In this document: in pieces, positions 22,168 to 25,000 of the stretch
Layout: each line of letters starts with the position of its first letter
How positions within the stretch are numbered: the first letter of the stretch is position 1
Assembly: GCA_030704615.1 (NCBI GenBank)
Contig: JAKLZA010000045.1
Coordinates: 1 to 25,000 of the forward strand
Length of the DNA stretch: 25,000 nt
Direction of reading: 5' to 3'
Source: Takakia lepidozioides
Lineage: Eukaryota; Plantae; Bryophyta
Translations under genes and position numbers: made by a program
Notes under the pieces: generated by a model
The model's database searches: none
Told to the model about the DNA's origin: nothing
The model's input: the letters and a program-made list of their open reading frames with translations, nothing else

Positions 22168-22678
22168 GCCTCAGAATTTTGTGTGGCCTCGTCGTAATGA
22201 GGCCGCAGGGTGCAGAGGGGACAGGATCTAACAGCGGCCCCGCTACATTAAAAGGATCCCTATTCCCCTGTTTCTCTTATATATTGAAAAAAACGTCAAA
22301 TTGTTGGTATGGAGGAGGTTGTGGTCTGGTGGTAGGTGGATGGCGATGTGGCGATGCAAATCTCGGGTTCCATTCCTTGAACGTAGTTCCGGTGTTTGGT
22401 GGTTGGCGGTTGGCGAGTTTTGGTGGTTGGCGCTTACTGTAACTACCTCCACGGAGGTGGTATACAACTACTCTCATGCAGGTAGTTCAGCTTGGTTTTG
22501 CAACTACCTTCATGTAGAAAATCCTGAAACTACCTGCATGGAGGTAGTTGTAAAATTCATATGCCAAAAAAATTCTACGTCCTTGACGCATGAAGGTAGT
22601 TTGCTCCTATATTAATGAGACGGCCTGACGGTCGTCTGACCAGCCTCATAACGACGAGGCCACACATAATTCTGAGCC
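22168..22678. mobile_element. 511-bp non-autonomous Mutator-type element (MITE) with about 36-bp TIRs and a 9-bp target-site duplication
   Basis: The left end GCCTCAGAATTTTGTGTGGCCTCGTCGTAATGAGGC pairs with the right end GCCTCATAACGACGAGGCCACACATAATTCTGAGCC. Perfect GGATAGGTT direct repeats lie at 22159-22167 and 22679-22687. Confidence 0.9.
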
Positions 22679-22986
22679 GGATAGGTTTAAGCACTTCATT
22701 ATTAAGCTCTTAGACCTTGAGGTTGACTCTTGAGGCTTGAACCCTTCCTTATTAAGCACTTGTACCTTGAGGCTTGAACCCTTCATTACTAAACTTAGAC
22801 TTTCTTTTTCTTTTTTTAGCCCTTCACGATGAAAGGTTCATTTTTTATCTGGCCTTTCTTTTGAAGGGCCCTGATTTTTTTGCCCTTCATATGGAACATT
22901 TTTGCAAGTTGAAGGGCGTTGCAGACTGTAGCCATGACGTTGCAGCCAAATTTGCAGTCTTAAAAAATAGACACTCCCCACCCACA

Positions 22987-23231
22987 AACCAAGCCTTTTC
23001 AGGGCCTTTTCACATCTGTAGATGTCTTATACAACGTCAATGTCAGCTCTATTCAGCGGATCGTGTGTATTGGTGTGAGCCTAGAACGTAGAACTAAAAA
23101 AAACCCAGGTTGAGTTTCATTCGTGGTCAATTTATGAGTCTGCAAGCCCCACACAATTTGCTCCCAAACTGTTAAGGGCCACATAAGCTAAGCTTACACC
23201 TGTAGATGGTCAATGAGTACATACAGCAACT
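22987..23231 (+). repeat. Diverged copy of sequence found in intron 3 of the DJ-1/PfpI gene (about 4625-4899)
   Basis: Collinear shared blocks: TCACATCTGTAGATGTC; TTCAGCGGATCGTGTG; GGTGTGAGCC; CCAGG.TGAGTTTCATTC.TGGT; GCAAGCCCCACA; CAATTTGCTCC; GATGGTCAA.GAGTACA; CAGCAACT. Confidence 0.85.
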
Positions 23232-25000
23232 TGTGATGCCCCAAACTTTCCTCATCACAGATTTACCCGTTTCATCCAAAACGGCGATACACATTCATCG
23301 TATATTTTTTTGGCGTATAAAGCCGTTAATCCGTTACAATGATGTTTAGGTTAGGGTTGGTTTAGGCTGGTGGATTGATCCTGGCCCTTCGTTAGATCCA
23401 GGGCTGCAAGGCAGCACCATGGGCTTGGGCCTATAATGCCTCGCCACGCGGCGGGCCACTAAGGTTAGGGCTTTTGTATAAAGACGGCGCCCTGACACAA
23501 GGTCGGGGCGGTGTACTCGGGTGTTGCTATATATGTGATTTGGGTGTACAAGTTTTTGGATGAGCGTTGCTTAGTGTCTGATTCGTGTGTTTGATCCTCC
23601 TCTCGCGCACTGCTTGCTCTTTCCGCTTGCCCCTTTGTTGTGCAAGTTCACTTCTTGAAAGGAAAGGAGTATATGCTTCAGGCTTGTTTTATGGTGGAGT
23701 GAAGTCAGGTACTCTAGGCGTGGTGGATCCTGCCCGCACTATCAGGATCAGTTAGGTCCTTCGCGGGATTTGCTCTACGTCCTGCTGCCTAAGTGGTTCG
23801 CTAATGCGTGTTATCGATGGCGGTTCCTCACTTTGCCCTATTTTCTCCTGATGCTGTGATTTTGTCGTCTCACGATGTGCATTGGGGGTGATTGCAGGGG
23901 ATGGCTACAGTTCGTGATTTGTCTTGTGTAGCTCGCAGAGAGGGGGAGAGCCTATTCCTTCATATTAGCGTGGCACTTGCTATCGAGGCTAATCCTAGTG
24001 TAGAGACTGAACCTGCTGCTTCTCATTCTGCTGGTGTTGTTGTGGTTGCTCCTCCCGTTGTCTCTAACCCTATTGACACTCTTGTTATTACTAACACTAC
24101 CAACGGCGTGCGGCCTGCCATTGTTGCCTTGCCGGCATCGCCTCTTCCTGAGCCTGCTGCTGGCGTTCCAGCCCTTGTTGTTTCATTGGGTTCTCCTAGT
24201 GGTAGTGATTATGATGATCTGGGGGAGGCAGAGGCGTGGTCGCCAAGGTTTGAGAGGTCTGACAGCTCTCTAGATAGCTGTGACCCGGACTACTATAACT
24301 TTGACAATTTTGTGGATCCAGGCCCTGAATATTTTGAGAGTAGGCAGCAAGCAGCCGAATTGGAGAGAGACATTGAATTGTCAAAAGAATTAGATGATCT
24401 GCTGTGTGAAGTATGTGACGAAGATCAGCTTTGGTTTGAGCATGTAGAGAGAGCTGTTGCAGGTGATCTTGCTGCACTGACCAGTCATCACGAGGCCCTG
24501 TTCACACGACCTTTGCTTGAGCCTGGTGTGGTGATATCCAGGGCCAGACAGCTTGTTAAGCGCGAATTTGAGCTACAAAATGAAGAGCGTCTACCATCCA
24601 AGGCGATCAAGTCGCGTTTTCTAAACCATCGTGAATTAACCTGGTTGGAAGTTGGTTTGTATCTGCCTCTTTCTGGTGTTCGAAGTACAGAGCTTCATCA
24701 TGGCCCTGGCGTGGTAGGGAGAAGTTGGTTGTCGTTAATGTTACAGGGCACAGGGGCTTTGATCTTGAGGACACTACGGTTTCAGCTCCGGCCTTGCGCC
24801 TTGGCACCTACCTATTCATAGTTAATTGATGGTCTGACGGGAGGGGCCTTGATAGTACAGTCGTCTGATCTAGTGGTCTTGGGTGTGGGCACTGCCTTTG
24901 CTTCACAGCGAGTGGCTCGCCCGAGCGCGTTTGAGAGACTGAGTGATTGTTCAAACTCGACTGTGCTTTTGCGCACCTGGAGAGAGGGTGACACCACCCG
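23232..25000 (+). mobile_element. Probable 5' part of an LTR retrotransposon, continuing beyond the window
   Basis: It begins TGTGATGCCCC (a Gypsy-like LTR start) exactly where homology to the DJ-1 intron stops. It has TTAGGG motifs, TATAAA at 23477 and a long ORF downstream. No PBS or LTR end was identified. Confidence 0.5.
23892..24821 (+). CDS. Unknown protein of about 306-309 aa (first ATG 23901), probably encoded by the transposon
   Basis: 930-nt uninterrupted frame with a Pro/Ala/Val-rich N-terminal part, an acidic middle and a helical-looking C-terminal part. Coding-like sequence continues past the TAG. No recognised motif. Confidence 0.45.
   Translation: MQGMATVRDLSCVARREGESLFLHISVALAIEANPSVETEPAASHSAGVVVVAPPVVSNPIDTLVITNTTNGVRPAIVALPASPLPEPAAGVPALVVSLGSPSGSDYDDLGEAEAWSPRFERSDSSLDSCDPDYYNFDNFVDPGPEYFESRQQAAELERDIELSKELDDLLCEVCDEDQLWFEHVERAVAGDLAALTSHHEALFTRPLLEPGVVISRARQLVKREFELQNEERLPSKAIKSRFLNHRELTWLEVGLYLPLSGVRSTELHHGPGVVGRSWLSLMLQGTGALILRTLRFQLRPCALAPTYS

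Noticed and set aside
22690-22920. Short repeats CTTGAGGCTTGAACCCTTC (twice) and GCCCTTCA/TGAAGGGC pairs
   Set aside because: They are real but too short to assign; no termini or TSD were found.
23232-24993. Solo LTR ending at GGGTGACA
   Set aside because: The flanks (CAACT versus CCACC) do not form a target-site duplication, and the terminal inverted match is poor.

Overview
Eukaryotic genomic DNA with spliceosomal introns. It is most likely from a non-seed land plant such as a bryophyte or lycophyte; this is inferred from gene content and was not established. From left to right: (1) A decayed minus-strand Ty3/Gypsy pol fragment (1-~1983). Its reverse transcriptase is immediately preceded by the C-terminal half of a DNMT3-like C5-cytosine methyltransferase (motifs VI, VIII, IX, X), so this is a methyltransferase-carrying retrotransposon and the most notable item here. 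(2) An intact 4-exon DJ-1/PfpI gene of the bacterial isonitrile-hydratase type. (3) An intact 8-exon DCP2 decapping gene with one U12-type intron and one GC-AG intron. (4) A GH3 beta-glucosidase/exo-glucanase pseudogene on the minus strand, with several frameshifts and no 5' exons. (5) A ~10 kb transposon nest containing a CACTA terminus, a decayed MULE transposase with a 120-bp tandem/inverted repeat block on one side and a G-rich, G-box-rich array on the other, a Mago nashi exon fragment, a 511-bp Mutator-type MITE with a 9-bp TSD, a copy of sequence from the DJ-1 intron, and the probable start of an LTR element carrying a 309-aa ORF I cannot identify. All calls come from manual reading and translation; no searches were run.
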